Part shown: in pieces, positions 1 through 9,418 of the stretch
How the letters are laid out: each line of letters begins with the position of its first letter
Position numbering within the stretch: the stretch's first letter is position 1
From: Candidatus Marinacidobacterium sp.
GTDB lineage: Bacteria > Acidobacteriota > Vicinamibacteria > Marinacidobacterales > Marinacidobacteraceae
Direction of reading: 5' to 3'
DNA length: 64,000 nt
NCBI GenBank assembly: GCA_965220965.1
Contig: OZ244852.1
Coordinates: 1,952,001-2,016,000, forward strand
Made by a program: the position numbers and the translations under genes
Notes under the pieces: model-generated
The model's database searches: none
The model's input: the letters and a program-made list of their open reading frames with translations, nothing else
What the model was told of the DNA's origin: nothing

Positions 1-1546
1 CCTCCAGCGCGTCGCGGCGCGGAATCCGGGCGCCGCGCGCCAGCCTGGTCTCGAAGAAGACGGTCTTGAGCGGCGAGTGGTTGAAGTGGGAGAAGCCGAC
101 CCGGTGGAGCCTCCCGAGGCGGGCGGCGAAGGATCCCGCGAGTCCCGACGGGTCCCCCATGAAGTGTTCGGAGAACGCGGCTTCGATCCCGGCCTCCGGC
201 CGGTCCTCGTCGCCCCACGCCGCCTCGGCGCCCACCGCCAGCGGATAGAGCGACCCGGAGAACAGATTGAAGTGCCCGCCGTCCCCCCAGTCCGTCAGGA
301 TCACCCCTTCGGCGCCCCACCGGCGCGCCGCCCGGGCGTGGCCGCGGATGTTGGGAAGCGCGGTGTCGAGCCGGGGGAAGAGGCTGCTCCACGACGAGGT
401 CCCGGAGACCGTGAGGAAGGGGCGGCCGGCATCGCGGAAGCGGGAGACCCGGTCGAAGTCGTGGTCGGGTTCGTACCACCAGTCACACAGCACGATGTCC
501 GGATCCAGGCGGTCGAGCGCCTCCGGGTGGTCGGCGAGCACATCGGCCCAGATCATCGGTCGCCTGCCGAGGTCCCGCGCCATCGCGGCCACGCGGTTCA
601 CGTGCCCGGCGAACACCGCGGCCATCCCCTCGCTGGCGGCGCGGTCCGACGACCGCCCCCGACCGAGGTCGACGGGCTCGTCGCAGTTCAGATGCGCCCA
701 CCGGGACGCGAAGTGCGGCAGGTGGTCCGCCAGCAGATCCCCAAGCAGGGCATAGGCGCCCGGCGCCTCGGGCGAGATCGACCAGAGCCGATCCGACTCG
801 GCGAGGTCGCGGTAGCGCTCCATGCCCAGGATGCGCCGCATGTGGCCGAACGTCTGCAGGCAGGGGATCAGCTCGATCCCCTCGGCGCGAGCGAAGGCAT
901 CGAGTTCGCGGATCTCCTCTCCCGAGTACCCCCCGGACCCGGCCCCGATGTCCGGGTGGGAAGGAAACTGGAAGGTGTGCTCGGTGTAGAGGAACAGCTC
1001 GTTGTAGCGGAGCCGCGCGAGGAGCCGCACGAGCGCCTTCGCCGACGCCATGGTGGGGACCCGTCCGCGGGAAATGTCGAGCAGGAACCCGCGTCGCCGG
1101 AGCGCGGGAAGATCCTCGATCTCGACCGCCGGAACCGACCCGTCCGGGTTCGCGAGCTGGGCGAGCGTCTCGGCGCCGTAGCGAAGTCCGGGAACTCCCT
1201 CGCCGCGGATTTCGGCGCCGTCGGGCCCCACCCGGAGCGAGTAGCCGGCCCCTGTCCCCCGGACCCCGCTCTGTCGTCCGGTTCCGCGGTGACCGGCCTC
1301 CGGATCGAGGGCGAGGTTGATGTTCGGTCGAACCGCGCCCTGCGATCCGACCGCCAGCCGGAGGCCGGTCCGCTCCTCGAGCCGCTCGATCAGTCGCCCG
1401 ACGGCTTCGGCCGCGCCGGGGAAATCCCCACGCGCCGCGACCCGCGCGCCCGGGGCGAGCGAGAGCGCCCCGGGGCGACGCGCCGCGTGGAGGGGCGAGG
1501 GAAGCAGCCGGGAAAGGTCCCCCGAGGCGCCCGGCCGATCACCCAC
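1..1546 (-). CDS. Glycoside hydrolase family 20-like (beta-N-acetylhexosaminidase), 3' end outside window
   Basis: Not in the ORF track because it runs off the edge. Manual translation gives IEDLPALRRRGFLLDISRGRVP, YNELFLYTEHTF, CLQTFGH, the catalytic pair HLNCDE, MIWAD and LTDWGDGGH. GTG start at 1546 is tentative. Confidence 0.82.
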   Translation of the reverse strand, partial: MGDRPGASGDLSRLLPSPLHAARRPGALSLAPGARVAARGDFPGAAEAVGRLIERLEERTGLRLAVGSQGAVRPNINLALDPEAGHRGTGRQSGVRGTGAGYSLRVGPDGAEIRGEGVPGLRYGAETLAQLANPDGSVPAVEIEDLPALRRRGFLLDISRGRVPTMASAKALVRLLARLRYNELFLYTEHTFQFPSHPDIGAGSGGYSGEEIRELDAFARAEGIELIPCLQTFGHMRRILGMERYRDLAESDRLWSISPEAPGAYALLGDLLADHLPHFASRWAHLNCDEPVDLGRGRSSDRAASEGMAAVFAGHVNRVAAMARDLGRRPMIWADVLADHPEALDRLDPDIVLCDWWYEPDHDFDRVSRFRDAGRPFLTVSGTSSWSSLFPRLDTALPNIRGHARAARRWGAEGVILTDWGDGGHFNLFSGSLYPLAVGAEAAWGDEDRPEAGIEAAFSEHFMGDPSGLAGSFAARLGRLHRVGFSHFNHSPLKTVFFETRLARGARIPRRDALE

Positions 1547-1694
1547 ATCCGGACTCTATTCCACCGTTCGGCGGAGGGATCGCGCGGCGCGAGCCTCCCC
1601 CCGGATCGCTCCTGGCGTTCGGGCCGCCGCGCCGGCCGCCGCCGGGGGCTGCTGGTATCCTGCGCTCCGACCGTCGCCGACACGAGCCCCAAGT

Positions 1695-2375
1695 TTGGAC
1701 TCCTGGGAGATCGCCGCCCGAGCCGCCTCCTGGGCGAAACCCGGCATGGTCCTGGGCCTGGGAACCGGTCGGGCCGCCTCGCGTTTCGTCCGCGAGATCG
1801 GCCGCCGCGTCCGTGGCGGCCTCGACATCCGCGGCGTGCCCACGTCGCTCGCGACCGAGGCGCTCGCCCGCGCCGAAGGCATCCCGCTCGCGGGCTTTGA
1901 CGAGGTCTCGGGGGTGGATCTCGCGGTGGACGGGGCCGACGAGGTCGGTCCGGGAGGCGAACTCATCAAGGGCCACGGAGGGGCGCTCGTCCGCGAGCGG
2001 GTGGTGGCCGCCGTATCCAGGCGCTTCGTCGTGCTGGTGGGCCCCGAGAAGCTGTCCCCCGGGCTCGGGACGCTCTGCGCGGTTCCGGTGGAGGTGATCC
2101 CTTTCGCCGCCCCCCTGGTCGAACGCCGCCTGGCGGAGTGGGGCGCGGAGGCCCGGCTGCGGCGCGCGAAGGACGGTTCGCCGGCCCGCTCGGACAACGG
2201 AAATCTGCTGGTGGACGCCTCGTTCGGTCGGATCGGCGACCCCGGGACGCTGCACGCCGCGATCCGCCGGATCCCGGGAGTGCTCGACTCCGGCCTCTTC
2301 CTCGGCATGGCGGAGCGCATCCTGATCGAGGGCCGCGAGGACCTCGTCCCGGCGCGGGGCGAGAGCTCGTCGTGA
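1695..2375 (+). CDS. rpiA: Ribose-5-phosphate isomerase A
   Basis: Motifs GLGTG, DLAVDGADEV, LIKGHGGALVRE, VPVEVIPF, SDNGN. TTG start at 1695 chosen from typical length. Confidence 0.93.
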   Translation: MDSWEIAARAASWAKPGMVLGLGTGRAASRFVREIGRRVRGGLDIRGVPTSLATEALARAEGIPLAGFDEVSGVDLAVDGADEVGPGGELIKGHGGALVRERVVAAVSRRFVVLVGPEKLSPGLGTLCAVPVEVIPFAAPLVERRLAEWGAEARLRRAKDGSPARSDNGNLLVDASFGRIGDPGTLHAAIRRIPGVLDSGLFLGMAERILIEGREDLVPARGESSS

Positions 2376-3121
2376 GCGGCGCCGCGATCTCGTTCCGCCA
2401 GGTGAGCAAGTCGTTCGGCGGGAAACCGGTCCTGGAGGGCGTCTCCCTCGAAGTGCAGCCGGGCGAGGTCTGCGTGCTGCTGGGCCCCAGCGGCGGAGGC
2501 AAGACCACCATGCTCCGGCTGGTCAACCGGCTGGTGACCGCCGACGCCGGCGAGGTGCTCTTCGGCGGCCGGGATGTCTCCGGCTGGGATCCGGTGGATC
2601 TCCGGCGACGCATCGGCTACGCGATCCAGAGCGTCGGCCTGCTCCCCCACCTGTCGGTGGAAGCCAACGTGGCGCTCGTCCCGCGCCTCCTCGGCTGGCC
2701 TCCGGCGCGCCGGAGCGCCCGCGCCGCCGAGATGCTTCGCCTCGTCGGGCTCGATCCCGCCGACTTCGGGGGCCGGCGGCCGTTCCGGTTGTCGGGCGGC
2801 CAGCAGCAGCGGGTCGGAGTGGCGAGGGCGCTGGCCGCTGATCCCGAGGCGCTGCTCCTCGACGAGCCGTTCGGCGCGGTCGACCCCATCGCCCGCCGCC
2901 GGCTCCAGGACGAGTTCCGCGACCTTGCCGCCCGGCTGCGCAAGACCGTCCTCTTCGTGACCCACGACGTGAACGAGGCCTTCCGGCTGGCGGACCGGAT
3001 CGCGGTCATCGCCGACGGGGCGCTCCAGCAGGTCGACGAGCCGGAGGCGCTCCGCGCCCGGCCCGCGACCGACCTGGTGCGGGCGCTGCTCCGCGGCGCG
3101 CCGGCGGAGACCCCGCCGTGA
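2372..3121 (+). CDS. Osmoprotectant (glycine betaine/choline/carnitine) ABC transporter ATP-binding subunit, no CBS domains
   Basis: GPSGGGKTT, LRRRIGYAIQ, LSGGQQQRVGVARALAADP, LLLDEPFGAVDP, VTHD. GTGA overlap with rpiA. Confidence 0.9.
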   Translation: MSGAAISFRQVSKSFGGKPVLEGVSLEVQPGEVCVLLGPSGGGKTTMLRLVNRLVTADAGEVLFGGRDVSGWDPVDLRRRIGYAIQSVGLLPHLSVEANVALVPRLLGWPPARRSARAAEMLRLVGLDPADFGGRRPFRLSGGQQQRVGVARALAADPEALLLDEPFGAVDPIARRRLQDEFRDLAARLRKTVLFVTHDVNEAFRLADRIAVIADGALQQVDEPEALRARPATDLVRALLRGAPAETPP

Positions 3122-3777
3122 GCCTCTCCGCCTTCCTCGCCCAGCGCTGGCCCGAGATCGTGGAGCTGACCCTCCAGCACATCGCCCTCGTCGCGATCTC
3201 GGTGGGGACGGCGATCGCCCTCGCCGTGCCGCTCGGCCTGGCGATCACGCGGGTGCGCTGGCTGGGGCGTCCGCTCCTGGGCTTCGCCGGCGTGATCCAG
3301 ACGGTCCCCTCACTGGCGCTCTTCGGACTGCTGCTCCCGCTCCCGCTGATCGGCGGGCTGGGGAACCACACCGCGATCATCGCCATGATCCTCTATGCCC
3401 TGCTTCCGATCCTCCGGAACACCGTGACCGGCGTGCGCAGCGTGGATCCGGGGATCCTGGAAGCGGCCGACGGGATGGGGATGACCGACCTGCAGCGGCT
3501 CGCGCTGGTGGAGCTTCCGCTGGCGCTCCCCACCATCTTCGCCGGCATCCGGATCGCGACGGTGGTCGGGGTGGGCCTGGTGACGATCGCCGCCGCGGTG
3601 GGCGCCGGAGGCCTGGGTTCCTTTATCTTCCGCGGACTCGCGATGCTGGACACCCGCCTGCTGCTCACCGGGGCCATCCCCTCGGCGATCCTCGCGCTGC
3701 TCGCCGACGGGTTGCTCTCGCTGGTGGAGCGACGGCTCGCCGCCTACGGCGGCGTCGGCGCCGCGGAGGCCGCGTGA
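3118..3777 (+). CDS. Osmoprotectant ABC transporter permease (OpuCB/ProW-like)
   Basis: QTVPSLAL, YALLPILRNT, EAADGMGM, VELPLALP, GAGGLG. Confidence 0.9.
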   Translation: MSLSAFLAQRWPEIVELTLQHIALVAISVGTAIALAVPLGLAITRVRWLGRPLLGFAGVIQTVPSLALFGLLLPLPLIGGLGNHTAIIAMILYALLPILRNTVTGVRSVDPGILEAADGMGMTDLQRLALVELPLALPTIFAGIRIATVVGVGLVTIAAAVGAGGLGSFIFRGLAMLDTRLLLTGAIPSAILALLADGLLSLVERRLAAYGGVGAAEAA

Positions 3778-4676
3778 TGCGCCGGCGCGAGGTCCTGGCG
3801 CGGGGCCTGCCAGCCGCCCTGGGAGTGGGCGCGGGCCTCCTGGCGTCGCGCTGCGGTCCTGCGGGGCCCTCCGCCCGGGTGGGCTCCAAGACCTACTCGG
3901 AGCAGCTCATCCTCGGGGAAATGCAGGCCCAGCTTCTGGAGACCGCCGGAGTCCAGGTCACCCGGCGGCTGGGGGTGCAGACCTTCCTGCTCCACGAGGC
4001 CATCGTGCGGGCGGACCTCGAGTGCTACGTCGAGTACACCGGAACCGCCTGGACCGCGATCATGCACCAGCCCTTCGAAGCGGGAACGACGGCGGCCGAG
4101 ATCTACCGCGGCGTGAAGCGCCTCTACGCCGAGCGGCACGGTCTGCTGCTCTCGGAGCCGCTCGGGTTTTCGAACGACTACGTGGTGGCGGCGACGCCGA
4201 CGGCCGCCGAGGAGCACGGCCTCCGGACGCTTTCCGATCTGGCCCGGACGTCGGGGCTCACGCTGGTCGCCGGCTACCCGTTCTTCGAGCGACAGGACGG
4301 ATTCCGCGGCATGGTCTCCTGGTACGACTTCGCGTCGGTTCCGGAAACCGTCGAAGTGGACCTCGACCTGGTCTACCAGGTGGTCGAGGCGGGGGAGGCG
4401 GACATCCTGGTGGGGAATTCGACCGATGGCCGGATCACCAAGCTGGGGCTCGTCCCGCTCGAGGACGACCGGTTGTGGTTCCCGCCCTACGAGTCGGCGC
4501 TGGTGTACCGGCCCGAGGCCGACCCGGCCGTCCACGCTCTCGGCGATCTGCTCGGCGGGCAGTTCGACAACGCGACGATCCGGTCGCTGAACGAGCGGAT
4601 CGATCTGGGCGGAGAGGACCCGGCGCGGGTCGCCGCCGACTTCATCGCGCGCCGGGGTTTGACGTTAGCGAGCTGA
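3774..4676 (+). CDS. Osmoprotectant ABC transporter substrate-binding protein (OpuCC-like), possible Tat lipoprotein
   Basis: VGSKTYSEQLILG, YVEYTGTA, ERQDG, LEDDRLWFPPY. N-terminal RRREVL and a Cys after the hydrophobic stretch. Confidence 0.88.
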   Translation: MMRRREVLARGLPAALGVGAGLLASRCGPAGPSARVGSKTYSEQLILGEMQAQLLETAGVQVTRRLGVQTFLLHEAIVRADLECYVEYTGTAWTAIMHQPFEAGTTAAEIYRGVKRLYAERHGLLLSEPLGFSNDYVVAATPTAAEEHGLRTLSDLARTSGLTLVAGYPFFERQDGFRGMVSWYDFASVPETVEVDLDLVYQVVEAGEADILVGNSTDGRITKLGLVPLEDDRLWFPPYESALVYRPEADPAVHALGDLLGGQFDNATIRSLNERIDLGGEDPARVAADFIARRGLTLAS

Positions 4677-4697
4677 CCTCGGAACCCGCCGGTTCCG

Positions 4698-4726
4698 TTG
4701 ACGATGGCGGCCCAATCCGGTAATTT
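4698..4726 (+). promoter_or_regulatory. Putative sigma70-type promoter of the nuoL-nuoM-atp unit
   Basis: TTGACG (4698-4703), 17-nt spacer, TAATTT (4721-4726), in the intergenic gap 75 nt before nuoL. Confidence 0.55.
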
Positions 4727-4801
4727 TCGCGCCCCGGGCGGAAATGCCAGGCAGGCGTTGGCCGGGGCCCTCCGCAGCACTCCTCCCCCCGCGCACTTCC
4801 G

Positions 4802-6826
4802 TTGAATTCCCTGCTCTGGCTCATCCCGGCTATCCCGGGAGTGGGCGCGGCCATCAATGGCCTGTTCGGGAAACGTCTGGGCAAGCGCGCCTCCGGCGCC
4901 ATCGCCTGCGGGGCCGTCGCGGCGTCGTTCGCGCTGGCGCTGGGTTACTTCGTGACCGTGTTCCTCGCGGAAGGGGGGTCCACGGCGCGGGTCGAGCAGT
5001 CGCTCTTCCCGTGGATCCCCAGCATGGGGGTCGAATGGGCCTACCGGCTGGACTCGCTCTCGATGCTCATGACCCTGGTGGTCACCGGCATCGGGCTCCT
5101 GATCCACATCTACTCGATCGGCTACATGAGCCACGACGAGGGGTTCAGCCGGTTCTTCGCCTACCTCAACCTGTTCACCTTCTTCATGCTGAACCTGGTG
5201 CTCGGGTCGAACATGCTGCTGATGTTCATCGGGTGGGAGGGCGTGGGCCTGTGCTCCTACCTGCTGATCGGGTTCTGGTTCGAACGGCCGGCTGCGGCGC
5301 AGGCCGGCAAGAAGGCCTTCGTGGTGAACCGGATCGGGGACGCCGGGTTCATCCTCGCCGTCATGCTCACCTTCGTGACGTTCGGGACGCTGGACTTCTA
5401 CGAGGTCATGGGCGCCATCCCGGGCGAGGTGAGCGTTGGCGTGCTGACCGCGATCGGCGTCCTGCTGTTCGTGGGGGCCGCGGGCAAGTCGGCCCAGATC
5501 CCGCTCTACGTCTGGCTCCCGGACGCGATGGAGGGGCCGACCCCGGTCTCCGCGCTGATCCACGCCGCCACCATGGTCACGGCGGGGGTCTACATGGTGG
5601 CCCGCTCCGGCGTCCTGTTCTCGCACGCGCCGGCGGCCATGGGCCTGGTGGCCGCGGTGGGGGCCGCCACCGCGCTGTTCGCGGCCACGATCGCGCTCTT
5701 CCAGAACGACATCAAGAAGGTCCTGGCCTATTCCACCGTCTCCCAACTGGGCTACATGTTCATCGGGGCGGGCGTCGGCGCCTTCGCGGCGGCGATCTTC
5801 CACCTGATGACCCATGCCTTCTTCAAGGCGTGTCTCTTCCTCGGGTCCGGCAGCGTGATCCACGCCATGGAGCACGCCGAGCACGCCTCCGGCGGCCACC
5901 GTCACTACACCGAGATGCAGGACATGCGGAACATGGGGGGCCTGAAGCGCTACATGCCCCGCACCGCGTGGACCTTCATGGTGGCCACCGCGGCGATCGC
6001 CGGCCTGCCCCCGCTCGCCGGCTTCTTCAGCAAGGACGAGATCCTCTGGAAGGCCACCCACGGCGGGCACGTGACGCTGCTGTGGACGGTGGGCGCTCTC
6101 GCTGCCGCGCTGACGGCGTTCTACATGACCCGGCAGGTCCTCATGACCTTCTGGGGAGACTTCCGCGGCGGCGCCGCGATGGAGTCGAAGCTCCACGAGT
6201 CGGTCCCCTCGATGACGCTCCCGCTGGTCGCGCTTGCCGCCGGTTCGGTGGTCGCCGGGTTCGTCGGCGTCCCGGCGGTTCTCGGCGGGTCGAACAGGAT
6301 CGAGCACTTCCTCGAGCCCGCGATCTACGCCGGCGGGCATCCGGCCACCGAAGCGGCCCACGGCTCCCACGCGGTGGAGCTCATGTTCATCGGGGTTTCG
6401 GTGGCGCTCGCGCTCGGCGGCATCTGGTTCGCCTGGCGCCGTTACCGGAACCAGCCCACCCGGGACGCCGCCCTCGCCGGCAACGGCGTCCACCGCCTGT
6501 TGAGCAACAAGTACTGGGTGGATGAGATCTACGACGCCACCGCGGTGCAGGGGACGCTCTCGGCCGGAAAGGGCTTCTACCGGTTCGACCAGCGCGTCGT
6601 GGACGGCGCGGTCAACGGAGCGGCGCGGGCCACCGTGGTCTCCGGAGACCTCTCGGACCTGAGCGACCGGAATCTGGTCGACCGGGCCGTGAATCTCGTC
6701 GCCGAAATCCTCGCCGCCGCCTCCGGCCGGTTCCGCCGCCTGCAGACCGGCCTCTTCCAGAACTACGCCCTGCTCATGCTGTTCGCCGTGGTCCTGCTCG
6801 CCGGGGCCCTGGTCCTGTGGAGCTGA
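4802..6826 (+). CDS. nuoL: NADH-quinone oxidoreductase subunit L with elongated lateral helix
   Basis: GWEGVGLCSYLLIGFW, KAFVVNRIGD, GKSAQIPLYVWLPDAMEGPTPVSALIHAATMV, DIKKVLAYSTVSQLG, THAFFKA, LQTG. Confidence 0.97.
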   Translation: MNSLLWLIPAIPGVGAAINGLFGKRLGKRASGAIACGAVAASFALALGYFVTVFLAEGGSTARVEQSLFPWIPSMGVEWAYRLDSLSMLMTLVVTGIGLLIHIYSIGYMSHDEGFSRFFAYLNLFTFFMLNLVLGSNMLLMFIGWEGVGLCSYLLIGFWFERPAAAQAGKKAFVVNRIGDAGFILAVMLTFVTFGTLDFYEVMGAIPGEVSVGVLTAIGVLLFVGAAGKSAQIPLYVWLPDAMEGPTPVSALIHAATMVTAGVYMVARSGVLFSHAPAAMGLVAAVGAATALFAATIALFQNDIKKVLAYSTVSQLGYMFIGAGVGAFAAAIFHLMTHAFFKACLFLGSGSVIHAMEHAEHASGGHRHYTEMQDMRNMGGLKRYMPRTAWTFMVATAAIAGLPPLAGFFSKDEILWKATHGGHVTLLWTVGALAAALTAFYMTRQVLMTFWGDFRGGAAMESKLHESVPSMTLPLVALAAGSVVAGFVGVPAVLGGSNRIEHFLEPAIYAGGHPATEAAHGSHAVELMFIGVSVALALGGIWFAWRRYRNQPTRDAALAGNGVHRLLSNKYWVDEIYDATAVQGTLSAGKGFYRFDQRVVDGAVNGAARATVVSGDLSDLSDRNLVDRAVNLVAEILAAASGRFRRLQTGLFQNYALLMLFAVVLLAGALVLWS

Positions 6827-6873
6827 CCGCCATAAGGCCGCCTCCGCAGCCAACCCTGTCCCGGGACGCCTGA

Positions 6874-8535
6874 ATGTTCGAGAACAACCCCTTCGACTTC
6901 CCGATCCTGTCGCTGGTCGTCTTCTTTCCGGCGCTCGCGGCGCTGTTCATCCTCTTCTTCGTCAAGAAGACCGAGGTGGACCGGATTCGCTGGCTGGCCA
7001 ACATCGCGGCGTTCATCGGGTTCCTGATCTCGCTGCCGCTGTGGTTCGGCTTCGACGCCGCCGGGCCGCAGTTCCAGTTCGGGGAGCGCTACGCCTGGAT
7101 CCCGAGCATCGGGGTGGAATACAACATCGCCATCGACGGGATCAGCCTGCTGCTGATCCTCATGACGACGCTGCTGGGCTTCATCGCGATCCTCTCGTCC
7201 TGGAGCGCCGTCAACGAGCGGGTCAAGCAGTACTACGTCTTCCTGCTGCTGCTCCAGACGGGGATGCTGGGCGTCTTCGTGGCGCTCGACTTCTTCCTGT
7301 TCTACGTGTTCTGGGAAGTCATGCTGGTGCCGATGTACTTCCTCATCGGCGTCTGGGGCGGCGCCCGGAAGCTCTACGCCGCGATCAAGTTCTTCCTCTA
7401 CACCCTGGTCGGCAGCGTGCTCATGCTGCTCGGCATCCTGGCGCTCTATTTCGCCCACTACGGCGCGACCGGCGAGTACACCTTCGACCTGCTCCGGCTG
7501 ATGGAGACCTCCTACGCGTCCGGGCTCCAGTTCTGGGTGTTCCTCGCCTTCTTCGTCGGGTTCGCGATCAAGGTCCCGATGTTCCCGTTCCACACCTGGC
7601 TCCCTGACGCCCACGTCGAGGCGCCCACCGCCGGGTCGGTGATCCTGGCGGGCGTGCTGCTGAAGATGGGGACCTACGGGTTCGTCCGGTTCTCGATCCC
7701 CCTGCTTCCCGACGCCAGCCGCGATGCGGTCTGGTGGGTGGCCACCCTGGCGATCATCGGGATCATCTACGGCGCGCTGGTGGCGCTCGTCCAGAAGGAC
7801 TGGAAGAGCCTGGTGGCCTACAGCTCGGTGAGCCACCTCGGCTTCGTGATGCTGGGCATCTTCGCCCTCAACACGCTCGGCCTCGAGGGCGGCGTGCTCC
7901 AGATGATCAACCACGGTCTTTCGACCGGCGGCCTGTTCCTGCTGGTCGGGATCATGTACGAGCAGCGCCACACCCGCGAGATCGCGGCCTACGGCGGCAT
8001 CGCCAAGGTCGTGCCGAAGTACGCGGCGCTCTTCCTGATCATCGCGCTGGCCTCGATGGGCCTGCCGATGCTGAACGGCTTCATCGGCGAGTTCCTGATC
8101 CTCCAGGGCGTCTTCCAGGTGAACTGGATCTATGCGGCGTTCGCCGTCTCGGGGATCGTCCTCGGCGCCGCCTATCTCCTGTGGCTCTACCAGCGGCTCA
8201 TGTTCGGCAAGCTGGACCGCGAGGAGAACCGGACGCTCAGGGACCTGACGAGCCGCGAGAACGCCACGCTGGTCCCGATCGTCGCGCTCTGCATTTTCAT
8301 CGGCGTCTATCCGAAGCCCTTCCTCGACACGCTCCAGGTGCCGGTCCAGGCCATCGTGGAGCGGGTCCAGCCGGAGTCCGGCGCCTCCGCTTCCGCCTCG
8401 CCCGAAGCGCTTCCCGAGGTTGCCGAGGTGAGCGCCGCGCAGCTGGCCGAAGCCGACGACGACGCTTCCCTGGAAGGCTCCGAAGAGGCCGGGACCGAGC
8501 GCGGGCAGCAGGACACCCGTCCGGGCGACGACTGA
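6874..8535 (+). CDS. nuoM: NADH-quinone oxidoreductase subunit M
   Basis: FYVFWEVMLVPMYFLIGVWG, IKVPMFPFHTWLPDAHVEAPTAGSVILAGVLLKMG, AYSSVSHLG. Acidic C-terminal tail. Confidence 0.97.
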   Translation: MFENNPFDFPILSLVVFFPALAALFILFFVKKTEVDRIRWLANIAAFIGFLISLPLWFGFDAAGPQFQFGERYAWIPSIGVEYNIAIDGISLLLILMTTLLGFIAILSSWSAVNERVKQYYVFLLLLQTGMLGVFVALDFFLFYVFWEVMLVPMYFLIGVWGGARKLYAAIKFFLYTLVGSVLMLLGILALYFAHYGATGEYTFDLLRLMETSYASGLQFWVFLAFFVGFAIKVPMFPFHTWLPDAHVEAPTAGSVILAGVLLKMGTYGFVRFSIPLLPDASRDAVWWVATLAIIGIIYGALVALVQKDWKSLVAYSSVSHLGFVMLGIFALNTLGLEGGVLQMINHGLSTGGLFLLVGIMYEQRHTREIAAYGGIAKVVPKYAALFLIIALASMGLPMLNGFIGEFLILQGVFQVNWIYAAFAVSGIVLGAAYLLWLYQRLMFGKLDREENRTLRDLTSRENATLVPIVALCIFIGVYPKPFLDTLQVPVQAIVERVQPESGASASASPEALPEVAEVSAAQLAEADDDASLEGSEEAGTERGQQDTRPGDD

Positions 8536-8569
8536 GTCTCGCCCGGACGGCGGCCCCGCCGGCGGAACG

Positions 8570-8851
8570 GTGAACGGGCGGCCGCCCCCGGTCGCGCCGC
8601 GCGCGCGGCTCATGGACCTGCTGAGTCTGGGGTTCTCGGTTCCCATCGCCGTCGTGGGAGGAGGCGCCGCCGGATGGATGCTGGACCGCTGGCTGGGAAC
8701 CCGGCCCTGGCTCTTTCTCGTCTTCCTGGTGTTCGGGATCGTCGCCGGGCTGCGCAACGTCATCCAGGCCGCGACTCGTTCCGGCGGCGAGCTCGACGAG
8801 AAGGGGACTCCCGGATCTCACAGCCGCGACCGGACGGACAGCGCCGGCTAA
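8570..8851 (+). CDS. AtpZ/AtpI-family (ATPase gene 1) small membrane protein
   Basis: Two hydrophobic segments joined by GWMLDRWLGTRPW; position ahead of atpB. Confidence 0.85.
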   Translation: MNGRPPPVAPRARLMDLLSLGFSVPIAVVGGGAAGWMLDRWLGTRPWLFLVFLVFGIVAGLRNVIQAATRSGGELDEKGTPGSHSRDRTDSAG

Positions 8852-8866
8852 CAGCCTCTTGCCCCG

Positions 8867-9391
8867 ATGAGCGACGCCGCCGCCGGAGCGCCCAGCGAAC
8901 GCGAGCGCATCGTCATCCGGCGCGCCACCGCGTTCGGGATCGCGGCGGGGCTCATCGCGCTCTCCTTCGGCCCCCGCATCGGGCTTTCCGTGCTCGCCGG
9001 AGCGGGCGTCACGATCGCCAACCTGTTGCTGCTCCGGCGGGTGGTCGCCGGGCTGAACGCGGCCCTGAGCGCCCGGGCGGCGGTGGCCGCCGCTCTTCTC
9101 ACCGCACTTCGGTATCTCTTGCTCGCGGCGGTTCTCGCGGCCATAATTTCCCTCGGAGACGCCGATCCCATCGGCGTCCTCTGCGGATTGGGCGCCCCGC
9201 TGCTGGCCGTCCTCCTCGAAGCCGGCAACGCCGGCTTCAACGCCTTCCGCAGCCCGCCCCCCGCTTCGGACTCTTCGTCGTCTGACGAGTCTGCGAGAGG
9301 CTCCACGAACCCCCCGTCCGGACCGGGTTCCGGACAGCCATCACAGCGCTCTCCCGGATCGCGCCAGCGGAACCGACCGGACAGCGCCTGA
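8867..9391 (+). CDS. atpI: ATP synthase protein I
   Basis: Four hydrophobic segments with the LRYLLL motif; lies between the AtpZ-like gene and atpB. Confidence 0.72.
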   Translation: MSDAAAGAPSERERIVIRRATAFGIAAGLIALSFGPRIGLSVLAGAGVTIANLLLLRRVVAGLNAALSARAAVAAALLTALRYLLLAAVLAAIISLGDADPIGVLCGLGAPLLAVLLEAGNAGFNAFRSPPPASDSSSSDESARGSTNPPSGPGSGQPSQRSPGSRQRNRPDSA

Positions 9392-9418
9392 TCCCGACCC
9401 CCAACCCGCTCGCCCCGC

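Noticed and set aside
77-1900. 607-aa plus-strand ORF and many other long overlapping ORFs (e.g. 4487-6853, 11472-13853, 42887-45544)
   Set aside because: Antisense or shifted-frame shadows of real genes in stop-poor GC-rich DNA; no family motifs
4802-8535. Mrp antiporter, DabB or hydrogenase membrane arm
   Set aside because: Motifs match NuoL/NuoM (PDAMEGPTPVSALIHAATMV; PDAHVEAPT); no mrpBCEFG, dabA or hydrogenase genes
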